Below, piece after piece: positions 38,101 to 51,929 of a stretch of DNA of 64,000 nucleotides (its first letter is position 1; every line of letters starts with the position of its first letter). Location of the stretch: NCBI GenBank assembly GCA_053919585.1, contig CM132822.1; one strand, given 5' to 3'. Position numbers and translations under genes: made by a program. Source of the DNA: Euprymna scolopes (lineage: Eukaryota). The notes beneath the pieces are model-generated. The model worked only from the letters and a program-made list of their open reading frames with translations. It searched no databases and had not been told where the DNA came from.

Positions 38101-41100
38101 TTAAATAATTCGAAAGTGTTGACATTAAATAATTCGAAAGTGTTGACATTAAATAATTCAAGTGTTGGCATTAAATAATTCGAAAGTGTTGACATTAAAT
38201 AATTCGAAAGTGTTGATATTAAATAATTCGAAAGTGTTGACATTAAATAATTCGAAAGTGTTGACATTAAATAATTCGAAAGTGTTGACATTAAATAATT
38301 CAAGTGTTGACATTAAATAATTCGAAAGTGTTGACATTAAATAATTCGAAAGTGTTGATATTAAATAATTCGAAAGTGTTGACATTAAATAATTCGAAAG
38401 TGTTGACATTAAATAATTCGAAAGTGTTGACATTAAATAATTCGAAAGTGTTGACATTAAATAATTCGAAAGTGTTGACATTAAATAATTCGAAGGTGTT
38501 GACATTAAATAATTCGAAAGTGTTGACATTAAATAATTCGAAAGTGTTGACATTAAATAATTCGAAAGTGTTGACATTAAATAATTCGAAAGTGTTGACA
38601 TTAAATAATTCGAAAGTGTTGACATTAAATAATTCGAAAGTGTTGACATTAAATAATTCGAAAGTGTTGGCATTAAATAATTCGAAAATGTTGTCATTAA
38701 ATAATTCGAAAGTGTTGACATTAAATAATTCGAAAGTGTTGACATTAAATAATTCGAAAGTGTTGACATTAAATAATTCGAAAGTGTTGACATTGAATAA
38801 TTCGAAAGTGTTGACATTAAATAATTCGAAAGTGTTGACATTAAATAATTCGAAAGTGTTGACATTAAATAATTCGAAAGTGTTGGCATTAAATAATTCG
38901 AAAGTGTTGACATTAAATAATTCGAAAGTGTTGACATTAAATAATTCGAAAGTGTTGACATTAAATAATTCGAAAGTGTTGACATTAAATAATTCGAAAG
39001 TGTTGACATTAAATAATTCGAAAGTGTTGACATTAAATAATTCGACAGTGTTGACATTAAATAATTCGAAAGTGTTGACATTAAATAATTCGAAAGTGTT
39101 GACATTAAATAATTCGAAAGTGTTGACATTAAATAATTCGAAAGTGTTGATATTAAATAATTCGAAAGTGTTGATATTAAATAATTCGAAAATGTTGACA
39201 TTAAATAATTCGAAAGTGTTGACATTAAATAATTCGAAAGTGTTGACATTAAATAATTCGAAAGTGTTGACATTAAATAATTCGAAAGTGTTGACATTAA
39301 ATAATTCGAAAGTGTTGACATTAAATAATTCGAAAGTGTTGATATTAAATAATTCGAAAGTGTTGACATTAAATAATTCGAAAGTGTTGACATTAAATAA
39401 TTCGAAAGTGTTGACATTAAATAATTCGAAAGTGTTGATATTAAATAATTCGAAAGTGTTGATATTAAATAATTCGAAAGTGTTGACATTAAATAATTCG
39501 AAAGTGTTGACATTAAATAATTCATGTGTTGACATTAAATAATTCGAAAGTGTTGACATTAAATAATTCAAAAGTGTTGACATTAAATAATTCAGGTGTT
39601 GACATTAAATAATTCGAAAGTGTTGACATTAAATAATTCGAAAGTGTTGATATTAAATAATTCGAAAGTGTTGATATTAAATAATTCGAAAGTGTTGACA
39701 TTAAATAATTCGAAAGTGTTGACATTAAATAATTCGAAAGTGTTGACATTAAATAATTCGAAAGTGTTGATATTAAATAATTCGAAAGTGTTGACATTAA
39801 ATAATTCGAAAGTGTTGACATTAAATAATTCGAAAGTGTTGACATTAAATAATTCATGTGTTGACATTAAATAATTCGAAAGTGTTGACATTAAATAATT
39901 CGAAAGTGTTAACATTAAATAATTCGAAAGTGTTAACATTAAATAATTCGAAAGTGTTGACATTAAATAATTCGAAAGTGTTAACATTAAATAATTCGAA
40001 AGTGTTAACATTAAATAATTCGAAAGTGTTGACATTAAATAATTCGAAAGTGTTAACATTAAATAATTCGAAAGTGTTAACATTAAATAATTCGAAAATG
40101 TTAACATTAAATAATTCGAAAGTGTTGATATTAAATAATTCGAAAGTGTTAACATTAAATAATTCGAAAGTGTTGACATTAAATAATTCGAAAGTGTTGA
40201 CATTAAATAATTCGAAAGTGTTAACATTAAATAATTCGAAAGTGTTGACATTAAATAATTCGAAAGTGTTGACATTAAATAATTCGAAAGTGTTGACATT
40301 AAATAATTCGAAAGTGTTAACATTAAATAATTCGAAAGTGTTGACATTAAATAATTCGAAAGTGTTGACATTAAATAATTCGAAAGTGTTGATATTAAAT
40401 AATTCGAAAGTGTTAACATTAAATAATTCGAAAGTGTTAACATTAAATAATTCGAAAGTGTTAACATTAAATAATTCGAAAGTGTTAACATTAAATAATT
40501 CGAAAGTGTTAACATTAAATAATTCGAAAGTGTTGATATTAAATAATTCGAAAGTGTTAACATTAAATAATTCGAAAGTGTTAACATTAAATAATTCGAA
40601 AGTGTTGACATTAAATAATTCGAAAGTGTTAACATTAAATAATTCGAAAGTGTTGACATTAAATAATTCGAAAGTGTTGACATTAAATAATTCGAAAGTG
40701 TTGACATTAAATAATTCGAAAGTGTTGACATTAAATAATTCGAAAGTGTTGACATTAAATAATTCGAAAGTGTTGACATTAAATAATTCGAAAGTGTTGA
40801 CATTAAATAATTCGAAAGTGTTGATATTAAATAATTCGAAAGTGTTAACATTAAATAATTCGAAAGTGTTAACATTAAATAATTCGAAAGTGTTAACATT
40901 AAATAATTCGAAAGTGTTAACATTAAATAATTCGAAAGTGTTGATATTAAATAATTCGAAAGTGTTAACATTAAATAATTCGAAAGTGTTAACATTAAAT
41001 AATTCGAAAGTGTTGACATTAAATAATTCGAAAGTGTTGACATTAAATAATTCGAAAGTGTTGATATTAAATAATTCGAAAGTGTTGACATTAAATAATT

Positions 41101-44100
41101 CGAAAGTGTTGACATTAAATAATTCGAAAGTGTTGACATTAAATAATTCGAAAGTGTTGACATTAAATAATTCGAAAGTGTTGATATTAAATAATTGGAA
41201 AGTGTTGACATTAAATAATTCGAAAGTGTTGATATTAAATAATTCGAAAGTGTTGATATTAAATAATTCAGGTGTTGACATTAAATAATTCAGGTGTTTA
41301 CATTAAATAATTCGAAAGTGTTGATATTAAATAATTCGAAAGTGTTGATATTAAATAATTCGAAAGTGTTGACATTAAATAATTCGAAAGTGTTGATATT
41401 AAATAATTCGAAAGTGTTGACATTAAATAATTCGAAAGTGTTGATATTAAATAATTCGAAAGTGTTGACATTAAATAATTCGAAAGTGTTCATATTAAAT
41501 AATTCGAAAGTGTTGATATTAAATAATTCGAAAGTGTTGACATTAAATAATTCGAAAGTGTTGACATTAAATAATTCGAAAGTGTTGACATTAAATAATT
41601 CGAAAGTGTTGATATTAAATAATTCGAAAGTGTTGATATTAAATAATTCGAAAGTGTTGATATTAAATAATTCGAAAGTGTTGACATTAAATAATTCGAA
41701 AGTGTTGATATTAAATAATTCGAAAGTGTTGATATTAAATAATTCGAAAGTGTTGACATTAAATAATTCGAAAGTGTTGATATTAAATAATTCGAAAGTG
41801 TTGACATTAAATAATTCGAAAGTGTTGATATTAAATAATTCGAAAGTGTTGGAATTAAATAATTCGAAAGTGTTGATATTAAATAATTCGAAAGTGTTGA
41901 CATTAAATAATTCGAAAGTGTTGATATTAAATAATTCGAAAGTGTTGATATTAAATAATTCGAAGTGTTGATATTAAATAATTCGAAAGTGTTGGCATTA
42001 AATAATTCGAAAGTGTTGACATTAAATAATTCGAAAGTGTTGATATTAAATAATTCGAAAGTGTTAACATTAAATAATTCGAAAGTGTTAACATTAAATA
42101 ATTCGAAAGTGTTGATATTAAATAATTCGAAAGTGTTGACATTAAATAATTCGAAAGTGTTGATATTAAATAATTCGAAAGTGTTGACATTAAATAATTC
42201 GAAAGTGTTGACATTAAATAATTCGAAAGTGTTGACATTAAATAATTCGAAAGTGTTGACATTAAATAATTCGACAGTGTTGACATTAAATAATTCGAAA
42301 GTGTTGACATTAAATAATTCGAAAGTGTTGACATTAAATAATTCGAAAGTGTTGACATTAAATAATTCGAAAGTGTTGACATTAAATAATTCGAAAGTGT
42401 TGACATTAAATAATTCAAGTGTTGGCATTAAATAATTCGAAAGTGTTGACATTAAATAATTCGAAAGTGTTGATATTAAATAATTCGAAAGTGTTGACAT
42501 TAAATAATTCGAAAGTGTTGACATTAAATAATTCGAAAGTGTTGACATTAAATAATTCGAAAGTGTTGACATTAAATAATTCGAAAGTGTTGATATTAAA
42601 TAATTCGAAAGTGTTGACATTAAATAATTCGAAAGTGTTGACATTAAATAATTCGAAAGTGTTGACATTAAATAATTCGAAAGTGTTGACATTAAATAAT
42701 TCGAAAGTGTTGACATTAAATAATTCGAAAGTGTTGACATTAAATAATTCGAAAGTGTTGACATTAAATAATTCGAAAGTGTTGACATTAAATAATTCGA
42801 AAGTGTTGACATTAAATAATTCGAAAGTGTTGACATTAAATAATTCGAAAGTGTTGACATTAAATTATTCGAAAGTGTTGACATTAAATAATTCGAAAGT
42901 GTTGACATTAAATAATTCGAAAGTGTTGACATTAAATAATTCGAAAGTGTTGACATTAAATAATTCGAAGGTGTTGACATTAAATAATTCGAAAGTGTTG
43001 ACATTAAATAATTCGAAAGTGTTGACATTAAATAATTCGAAAGTGTTGACATTAAATAATTCGAAAGTGTTGACATTAAATAATTCGAAAGTGTTGACAT
43101 TAAATAATTCGAAAGTGTTGACATTAAAAAATTCGAAAGTGTTGGCATTAAATAATTTGAAAATGTTGTCATTAAATAATTCGAAAGTGTTGACATTAAA
43201 TAATTCGAAAGTGTTGACATTAAATAATTCGAAAGTGTTGACATTAAATAATTCGAAAGTGTTGACATTAAATAATTCGAAAGTGTTGACATTGAATAAT
43301 TCGAAAGTGTTGACATTAAATAATTCGAAAGTGTTGACATTAAATAATTCGAAAGTGTTGACATTAAATAATTCGAAAGTGTTGGCATTAAATAATTCGA
43401 AAGTGTTGACATTAAATAATTCGAAAGTGTTGACATTAAATAATTCGAAAGTGTTGACATTAAATAATTCGAAAGTGTTGACATTAAATAATTCGAAAGT
43501 GTTGACATTAAATAATTCGAAAGTGTTGACATTAAATAATTCGAAAGTGTTGACATTAAATAATTCGACAGTGTTGACATTAAATAATTCGAAAGTGTTG
43601 ACATTAAATAATTCGAAAGTGTTGACATTAAATAATTCGAAAGTGTTGACATTAAATAATTCGAAAGTGTTGATATTAAATAATTCGAAAGTGTTGATAT
43701 TAAATAATTCGAAAGTGTTGACATTAAATAATTCGAAAGTGTTGACATTAAATAATTCGAAAGTGTTGACATTAAATAATTCGAAAGTGTTGACATTAAA
43801 TAATTCGAAAGTGTTGACATTAAATAATTCGAAAGTGTTGACATTAAATAATTCGAAAGTGTTGATATTAAATAATTCGAAAGTGTTGACATTAAATAAT
43901 TCGAAAGTGTTGACATTAAATAATTCGAAAGTGTTGACATTAAATAATTCGAAAGTGTTGATATTAAATAATTCGAAAGTGTTGATATTAAATAATTCGA
44001 AAGTGTTGACATTAAATAATTCGAAAGTGTTGACATTAAATAATTCATGTGTTGACATTAAATAATTCGAAAGTGTTGACATTAAATAATTCAAAAGTGT

Positions 44101-45805
44101 TGACATTAAATAATTCAGGTGTTGACATTAAATAATTCGAAAGTGTTGACATTAAATAATTCGAAAGTGTTGATATTAAATAATTCGAAAGTGTTGATAT
44201 TAAATAATTCGAAAGTGTTGACATTAAATAATTCGAAAGTGTTGACATTAAATAATTCGAAAGTGTTGACATTAAATAATTCGAAAGTGTTGATATTAAA
44301 TAATTCGAAAGTGTTGATATTAAATAATTCGAAAGTGTTGACATAAAATAATTCGAAAGTGTTGACATTAAATAATTCATGTGTTGACATTAAATAATTC
44401 GAAAGTGTTGACATTAAATAATTCGAAAGTGTTAACATTAAATAATTCGAAAGTGTTAACATTAAATAATTCGAAAGTGTTGACATTAAATAATTCGAAA
44501 GTGTTAACATTAAATAATTCGAAAGTGTTAACATTAAATAATTCGAAAGTGTTGACATTAAATAATTCGAAAGTGTTAACATTAAATAATTCGAAAGTGT
44601 TAACATTAAATAATTCGAAAATGTTAACATTAAATAATTCGAAAGTGTTGATATTAAATAATTCGAAAGTGTTAACATTAAATAATTCGAAAGTGTTGAC
44701 ATTAAATAATTCGAAAGTGTTGACATTAAATAATTCGAAAGTGTTAACATTAAATAATTCGAAAGTGTTGACATTAAATAATTCGAAAGTGTTGACATTA
44801 AATAATTCGAAAGTGTTGACATTAAATAATTCGAAAGTGTTAACATTAAATAATTCGAAAGTGTTGACATTAAATAATTCGAAAGTGTTGACATTAAATA
44901 ATTCGAAAGTGTTGATATTAAATAATTCGAAAGTGTTAACATTAAATAATTCGAAAGTGTTAACATTAAATAATTCGAAAGTGTTAACATTAAATAATTC
45001 GAAAGTGTTAACATTAAATAATTCGAAAGTGTTAACATTAAATAATTCGAAAGTGTTGATATTAAATAATTCGAAAGTGTTAACATTAAATAATTCGAAA
45101 GTGTTAACATTAAATAATTCGAAAGTGTTGACATTAAATAATTCGAAAGTGTTAACATTAAATAATTCGAAAGTGTTGACATTAAATAATTCGAAAGTGT
45201 TGACATTAAATAATTCGAAAGTGTTGACATTAAATAATTCGAAAGTGTTGACATTAAATAATTCGAAAGTGTTGACATTAAATAATTCGAAAGTGTTGAC
45301 ATTAAATAATTCGAAAGTGTTGACATTAAATAATTCGAAAGTGTTGACATTAAATAATTCGAAAGTGTTGATATTAAATAATTCGAAAGTGTTAACATTA
45401 AATAATTCGAAAGTGTTAACATTAAATAATTCGAAAGTGTTAACATTAAATAATTCGAAAGTGTTAACATTAAATAATTCGAAAGTGTTGATATTAAATA
45501 ATTCGAAAGTGTTAACATTAAATAATTCGAAAGTGTTAACATTAAATAATTCGAAAGTGTTGACATTAAATAATTCGAAAGTGTTAACATTAAATAATTC
45601 GAAAGTGTTGACATTAAATAATTCGAAAGTGTTGACATTAAATAATTCGAAAGTGTTAACATTAAATAATTCGAAAGTGTTGACATTAAATAATTCGAAA
45701 GTGTTGACATTAAATAATTCGAAAGTGTTGACATTAAATAATTCGAAAGTGTTAACATTAAATAATTCGAAAGTGTTGACATTAAATAATTCGAAAGTGT
45801 TGATA
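35109..45805. repeat. 10.7-kb satellite array: 22-bp unit (CAGGTGTTGAYATTAAATAATT) to ~35790, then 24-bp unit (CGAAAGTGTTRAYATTAAATAATT)
   Basis: Roughly 30 x 22 bp plus ~415 x 24 bp, highly homogeneous, no unique spacers. Confidence 0.99.
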
Positions 45806-46057
45806 CGCCGTAAAACAAAACTAAACAAGCAAATTCTTTTTTATCGGTCGTTGCTGGTACATGATTTACTCATAACCAAATCTACTCCCGCCTGTCAGAT
45901 TTCGTAGCAGCCGAATAAAACTAAATTTTCCCGCCAAGAGAAAAAAGTTGTTATTTCAAAAACACCATTCACTCTAAAACACAAGGCAATGAGTTTGGAT
46001 TGACAACCAATATGAAAAACCTGTTTGATTCAAACAACAATATTCAGTATTAATTTA

Positions 46058-46145
46058 TTTGTTGCGGACTATTATTCTCATCTTTATTAGTTGTTTCACG
46101 ACCTTTCGGTCAACTATTCCTCTGGCCTTCGTCAAGTGGTAACCG
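46058..46145 (-). mobile_element. Variant hammerhead-like tail related to the SINE family
   Basis: CAC-TTGACGA-A-GGCCA-(loop)-TGACC-GAAA-GG-TC-GTG followed by AAAGATGAGAATAATAGTCCG. Confidence 0.6.
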
Positions 46146-47589
46146 CGACGGATAGGAACTTTAAATCTCCTAACTGCATTCTCAGCAATCACTGCTATCC
46201 GTAGTTGTTGTTGTCTCAATAATCAATTCCAATTAAAATAATATATAAACAATATTCAGGTTAGATTCCCATAAAAACATTAGTATTACTGCTACGACTA
46301 CAGATTGGCATAGATCTAAGAAAGAATTAACATAGAATTTCTTATATTATAAAATAGCAACTTGTCTTAAATGAATCGTATATAATAAACTATTTACCAA
46401 ATGATTCGGTATTGAATAACAATAAAAACGGTTGATGTACCGTAACATAAGGTCATGTCTTTGTCGCGTCTTTGTTTTTATTCATTTTGATTTTCTATCA
46501 AATTTATCGCTGACCCCATCTACAGACAATGTTTATAAACATCTTCTGTTTTATGTTCTTTCTTCTTATTCTTTATCTCAGTTATTGATTTTCTTTCATA
46601 AGCACAGTCTTCAAAATGTCATCGATTTAAAAAAATTTAATAACAGCAAAACTGTATTCCTGATGAATAGAAAACTTATACGCAACAATAGATATTATAT
46701 AAAAAAAAATGATATTTTATTGGCGTCCCTCCCAAATGTGAGGAGATAAGTTTATCAGCAGAACAAAGATATAGAAAGTGGGTTTAGTAGGCAGAAAATT
46801 GGGAGAAAGTTGTTCGCTAAGGTACACAAAAGATAGCATAAATAGGATTGTTAATCAAGATGTGATAGGCAAAAGATCGGACATAGAAATCAAAACATTT
46901 AGAGTTTTAGCGTGTGAGTTTTGCGACTGTTTGACGATATTTTTACGATAGTTTACGACAGTTGAAGATAGATTCCAGTTTGGGACAGTTGACGGCAGAT
47001 TGTAGCTGGAAGAAGATCGAAAGATGGCTAAGATCTGGATGTTCGCATTCAGACGTTTTACATGATCGTGTTACACACACCACCAGGACCAAACTGATAT
47101 TTACGGAACATGTCAGGGTTTGTGTTTTTCATATTTTCTCTTGTATTTTTTATATACTTGTAATCCACTGCGCGTCTCCCTAAACTACCGCCAATGTGAG
47201 AGATGATGCACGATCAGAAAAGAAGACCACGAAAACAGTGTTGGGGTCGACGATTGTCGTCGAGTGAGAGGAAGCACGTTGTATCTCAATGAATACCATT
47301 CAATGGAATGTCCATTTTTCTGCCACATATTTCTACAAATAATTGCTTGACATTTTCCAAAATTCATGGAATTATTTTCAAACGTCCTTTCAATAAATTA
47401 CTTTAATTGGTCAACTGTTTGTAGGGAGTAGAAAGTGGCTCTTGAGTTTATTTTCGTGACTGTTGTATTTCTTATTTTGTCCTTCATATTTGTCTCCATA
47501 TTTTTTTGAGTGATGTTTCCGACGAACGGGAGAAAGAATTGCTGTTTTCTAGATTAAAACCTATCCATATGACAGTCATCTTTGAATAG

Positions 47590-49465
47590 TTTTTTTTTTT
47601 TTTACATAGGCATCACCACTTATCAAGGCCAAGAGGCCACTCAAGGATAAGGGTTAAAGAGTGTACAGTAGACATTGGACAATATAGTTATCATTAGTAA
47701 TGAAAATTTGGTAAATTTGATAACGGCTCATCAAGAACTTATTTACGTTAGACTTGAACACAACCATATTGTAGTCAGCCGGAAAGCAGGAAAACGGAAG
47801 ACAATTCCACAAGCGTGCAGTTCTAAGAAAGAAGCTTTGTTCGTGGAATCTACGTTTAGGTTTAGGCACAGATAAATAGTGGGGGGAATTATTGATAGTG
47901 TGTAGAGCTAGACGAGTGTTTCTTGTGAAAGTTTGGCAAGGGGGGACCATAGATTGAAGCTCAGTTGAACACCTTCCATGAAAATAACGATAAAGCAGAG
48001 ACAAACTCGCAACATCTCTTCTGTGAGATAGAGGCTGCAAGGAAGAGAAAAGGACATCTCCTACGAGGCTACAAAGTCTATTTTGAACTCTATCAAGTCA
48101 GGACAAGTCTTTTCTAGCAGCTCCTGCCCAGATGTGGCAACAATGTTCCATCCTTGGACGTACCTGGCTCTTATATAGATAGAGAATAGCATCAGCAGTG
48201 AGATATTTACCGGATCGATAGAAAGATCCCACCATTTTTCCAGCGGCCTTGGCAACAGATTTGATGTACGTGTTTCATTTCAGATCAGGAGTAAAGGTCA
48301 AGCCCAGAAGCTTGTCAAAACTTGAGGCCTCCTGAAGACGAGAGCCATTCATTTCAATTGATGCCAGATGTGGATCAGAATGTTGATGATGTAAAGAGAG
48401 AAGCTTGGTTTTAGATGCATTAGAAGTAACCAGCCACTCCTTTCCCCATTGTACTACGTGCTCAAGATCAGAGAAAAGAGAATTGGAGAGAACTTGGTCG
48501 TTTATTGTCTTAGATGTGCTACCATAAATGGTAGTGTCGTCAGCATAAATGTCTACAAATGATGTAAGGATGTGATTTGGAAGATCATTAATGTAGATCA
48601 GGAAAAGAGTTGGGCCCGGGATGGACCCCTGAGGGACACCGGCATTAATACTGTGAGCTTCTGATTTTTGCCCCTCAACTACTACTCTTAAGAACCTATC
48701 AGAAAGAAATGATTTAATAATTGAGAAGACATTTCCAGCTATACCATAGCTAGAGATCTTATGAAGTAAACCTTTATGCTATACCCTATCAAAGGCTTTA
48801 GATATGTCAAGAGCAATTGCCCTAGAAAGATTGCCATCGTCGAGAGATTTGCTAATCCTATGAGATATAACTGTAAGCACATCTGCTGTAGATCTAGCAG
48901 AACGGAAACCATATTGAGTGTCACTAAGAAGGTTATTTTTGTTGAGATGGTTGATTACTTCTGTATTTAACACAGATTCCAACAACTTGCTCATGACGCA
49001 CAGGAGACTTATTGGCCTGTACTGAGAGGGGGATGAGCGATCACCTGAATTCTTAAATACAGGGCATACTGATGACATTTTCCAGGGAGATGGGAAGCAA
49101 TTCTCCTTAAGACAACGTTTAAACAGTTTTGTAAGTATGGGCGCTAGTTCTGGTTGAAGTTTTTTGAGTACTATAATTGGAATACCGTCAGGGCCAGTTG
49201 CTTTACTGGAATAAAGGTTTTTGATTAGCTTGGCAACATCACGTACAGATATACGTATATCACATAGCGTGTTTTCTGATACAGGAGGAAATATTGGAGG
49301 TTGGCGGCCTTGGTCGCAAAGGGTAGAATTAGCTGCAAAGTTCTTGACAAAAGAGTTTGGCTTTGTCTGATACTGACGAGATTACCTAAGGTCCATTGAT
49401 AATAGTTGGGATGGAGCACACGCTTCTGTTCAGGATTCTGTTTGCTATTTGCAAAAACTTGTTTT
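47590..49465 (-). mobile_element. 5'-truncated CR1/Zenon-like LINE with RT domain and poly(A) tail
   Basis: KATGPDGIP; YRPISLL; QYGFRSARST; LDISKAFDRV; GVPQGS..GP.LFLIYINDLP; IYADDTT; poly(A) at 47590-47603; several frameshifts/stops. Confidence 0.92.
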
Positions 49466-50145
49466 TGTTTTTTACCGTGAAGTATTATTGTCAGCTCTTT
49501 ACTTCAAATGTCCGCAGCGATTTTCATAAATAAAATAGTTTGTGCGTATCTTTAAAAAAATCAATTTTTAAGAAAGACAAGAAAAAAGTCACGAAAAATA
49601 AATTGCATCGTAACAAGCCATTTTGTCTTATTCAGTCTTATATAAAACTAAAACAAACGTAAATGAAAATAGTGTGATAAAAATAATGTTGTAATGTGGT
49701 GAAATAATTTTTTTGGGGGGGTGAAAGTTTTTTTGTTTTTTTTAAGAATACAGTTTTGATGTGATTAAAACTTTATATTGTGTTCTAAACTGGTATACTT
49801 ATTATCATATCTATCTTCTCCAAAACCAACACAACTTTATTTTCTGTGCCAAATACAGTTTAGATAATTGGTTGGTCTTTTTATGTTGCTTTCAAATTTA
49901 AGTCGAGTCGAAAGAAAAATGATCGAAATTAATGTTATCATTCTAAAACTCAGATAATCGTTTTTGATCATTTGTAGAATGGGAGAAAAGACAAGGTAGA
50001 TAAGAAATGAGAAAAGTAAGAAGATAATACGAATAAATGACACTAACGAGACCTCTGGAAATTCCACAGCAGACTCTTTCATAATAATATATTGATGGTG
50101 GCATTCTGTGGATATTCAACGTAAATGGAGACGCATTTATCTGAA

Positions 50146-50477
50146 CTAGCAGAGATACCCGGCGTAGTCCGGTTGTAAAATATGCTTAAATATGATATTT
50201 TAAGTTATGCAGATTTCGTATATATTATTATAGTAAATTTTCTATCGATTTTTAGATGTTTTAAAGTTGTGATTTCAAGAATAAAAATATATTCGTATGA
50301 CTTGGGTGCATCAGTTTGAATCGAAATCGAAACCAAAACTTATGAAAAATTCTTGGTAAAATTATTGATTTCAAGAAATGGAAGGTCATAATAATCAAAT
50401 GACAGCTGCTCAGAAGAAAAATATATAAGTATGATACATAAAATAACACGCACGCTATCGTATTACTATACAGAAGA
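50146..50477 (-). mobile_element. Short non-autonomous Helitron
   Basis: Minus strand 5' TC..., 3' CCGG-ACTACG-CCGG hairpin + CTAG; inserted between A and T. Confidence 0.7.
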
Positions 50478-51354
50478 TAAACGGTCGTTTGTCTAGTAAG
50501 TCTGCAAGCAACAAGAGACGTATAAACTTTATTAAGTTTATTCAGCAGAATCCTGGTTTTAGGCGATTGAACAGTGTGCTTATTTTTTGTCGTAACTGAT
50601 ATTTCCTAAGCTTATTCATGAAATCTATCCCCCATGAAGATTCGCTATCGATCTGTCTAAGGCCAAACTTTACCATCACTTCTATGTCTGAAACCGAAAC
50701 TATACTATTACTATCTTTTAATATAAAATTCCGTTTATTGTACTACTTCAGATTCATGTACTATATTTCAATGCTCAATCCAGGTAAGGAGAGTGTAGTA
50801 AATGTTCTATTATTCTTATTTCACCAACCTAAGCATTCCTTCCTTCTTTTGGGGGAGGTTAAGTCGTACCCGTTATTTTCCAATTTACTTGCACATCCTC
50901 GAAGGCAAAAATATACAAAAGCTCGGTTTTTAAAGGAGGCAGTATAGGACAAAAATTAAAAGTTGCCTCAGTCTAGAAGTCGACTAAGTTAAGCATCAGA
51001 ACAAATAATACACTTTGATCCTAGTCAAAAGGTCGTTATGTTATTACCATATGCTGCTAGGCATCACCTCTTCCTTTTTGAGGAGGGTATTATAGTATTT
51101 GTTATTATGATGCAATCGTACCATGCATTACCTCCGTTATTTTTATGGGTACGGTGCTGTTGTCAAGATATCATTCTGACAGGTATCATTTTTTTTTTCA
51201 TTTGAATGGCGCTGTAGTATAATTTAGTTAATCGAAAAAATGTGGGGTTCGTGTTTATTTTCCCCAGAAATTTCCTGTTTGTAAACGTCACAGGAAGTAG
51301 GCGATGTTAGTTAATCTGCTGACTTCCTTTAATTAATCTGAAAATCGTGCAAAT

Positions 51355-51684
51355 ATTACGTGTCCTTTCATCAGCATCAGCGGACATGCTGTTTTAAAAG
51401 CGTCGGTGGCCACGGCTCTCCAAATTGTAGAACCATAGTAATCTCGGGAAGACAAGTAAAACGGTAGTTTTCCCATTGCTTTCCGCCTTGATTCGGGAGT
51501 GCATCTCCTTTAGTGAGTTAAACGCGCCCCCAGATAACAAAACTGGAAATTTCTACTACTTGGAGCGGTACATACAGTACCTATCCTTCCCGAATGGACA
51601 CCCATCTGGTACTGGCCAATTCATCGTTACTTAAGTTCGGTGATCTGGCGAGAACCGGTGTGTCAGCGTGATTGTGCCGTGCCC
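51355..51684 (-). mobile_element. 5S rRNA-derived SINE (SINE3-like) or 5S pseudogene with attached body
   Basis: Minus 51684->51580: CACGCTGACACACCGGTTCTCGCCAGATCACCGAACTTAAG...AGTACCAGATGGGTGTCC..CGGGAA aligns with the 5' ~100 nt of 5S rRNA including the internal A and C boxes; followed by a GC-richer non-5S body. Confidence 0.75.
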
Positions 51685-51929
51685 TTTACATAATCTAATA
51701 CGATCCTTGCTGTTATATTACGTGTTTTTATTTAATCTGCCTTAATTATCTTACTCAATTTGAAAACCCAGCTACATGTGAAAAATTCATAATATTCATC
51801 ATTCACATAAAAATGCGTCTGTAAATAAATATATTTATTTGAAAATTAATCCTAACCCAATTAATCTTTTCGATAATATCATTTACTGGATTCGTATTGT
51901 TATATAGATTAATTTTAAATTCATCATAT

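Noticed and set aside
35109-45805. CRISPR-like array
   Set aside because: Units are contiguous with no unique spacers, there are no cas genes, and the context is eukaryotic.
35783-45907. Very long ORFs (up to 852 aa) of LTLNNSKV / NVNTFELF / MSTLSNYL repeats
   Set aside because: A consequence of a 24-bp unit that is stop-free in three frames; 22-bp units shift frame at random and there is no unique domain.
51580-51684. Functional 5S rRNA gene
   Set aside because: Many substitutions, missing 3' helix I strand and oligo-T terminator, not in a tandem array.
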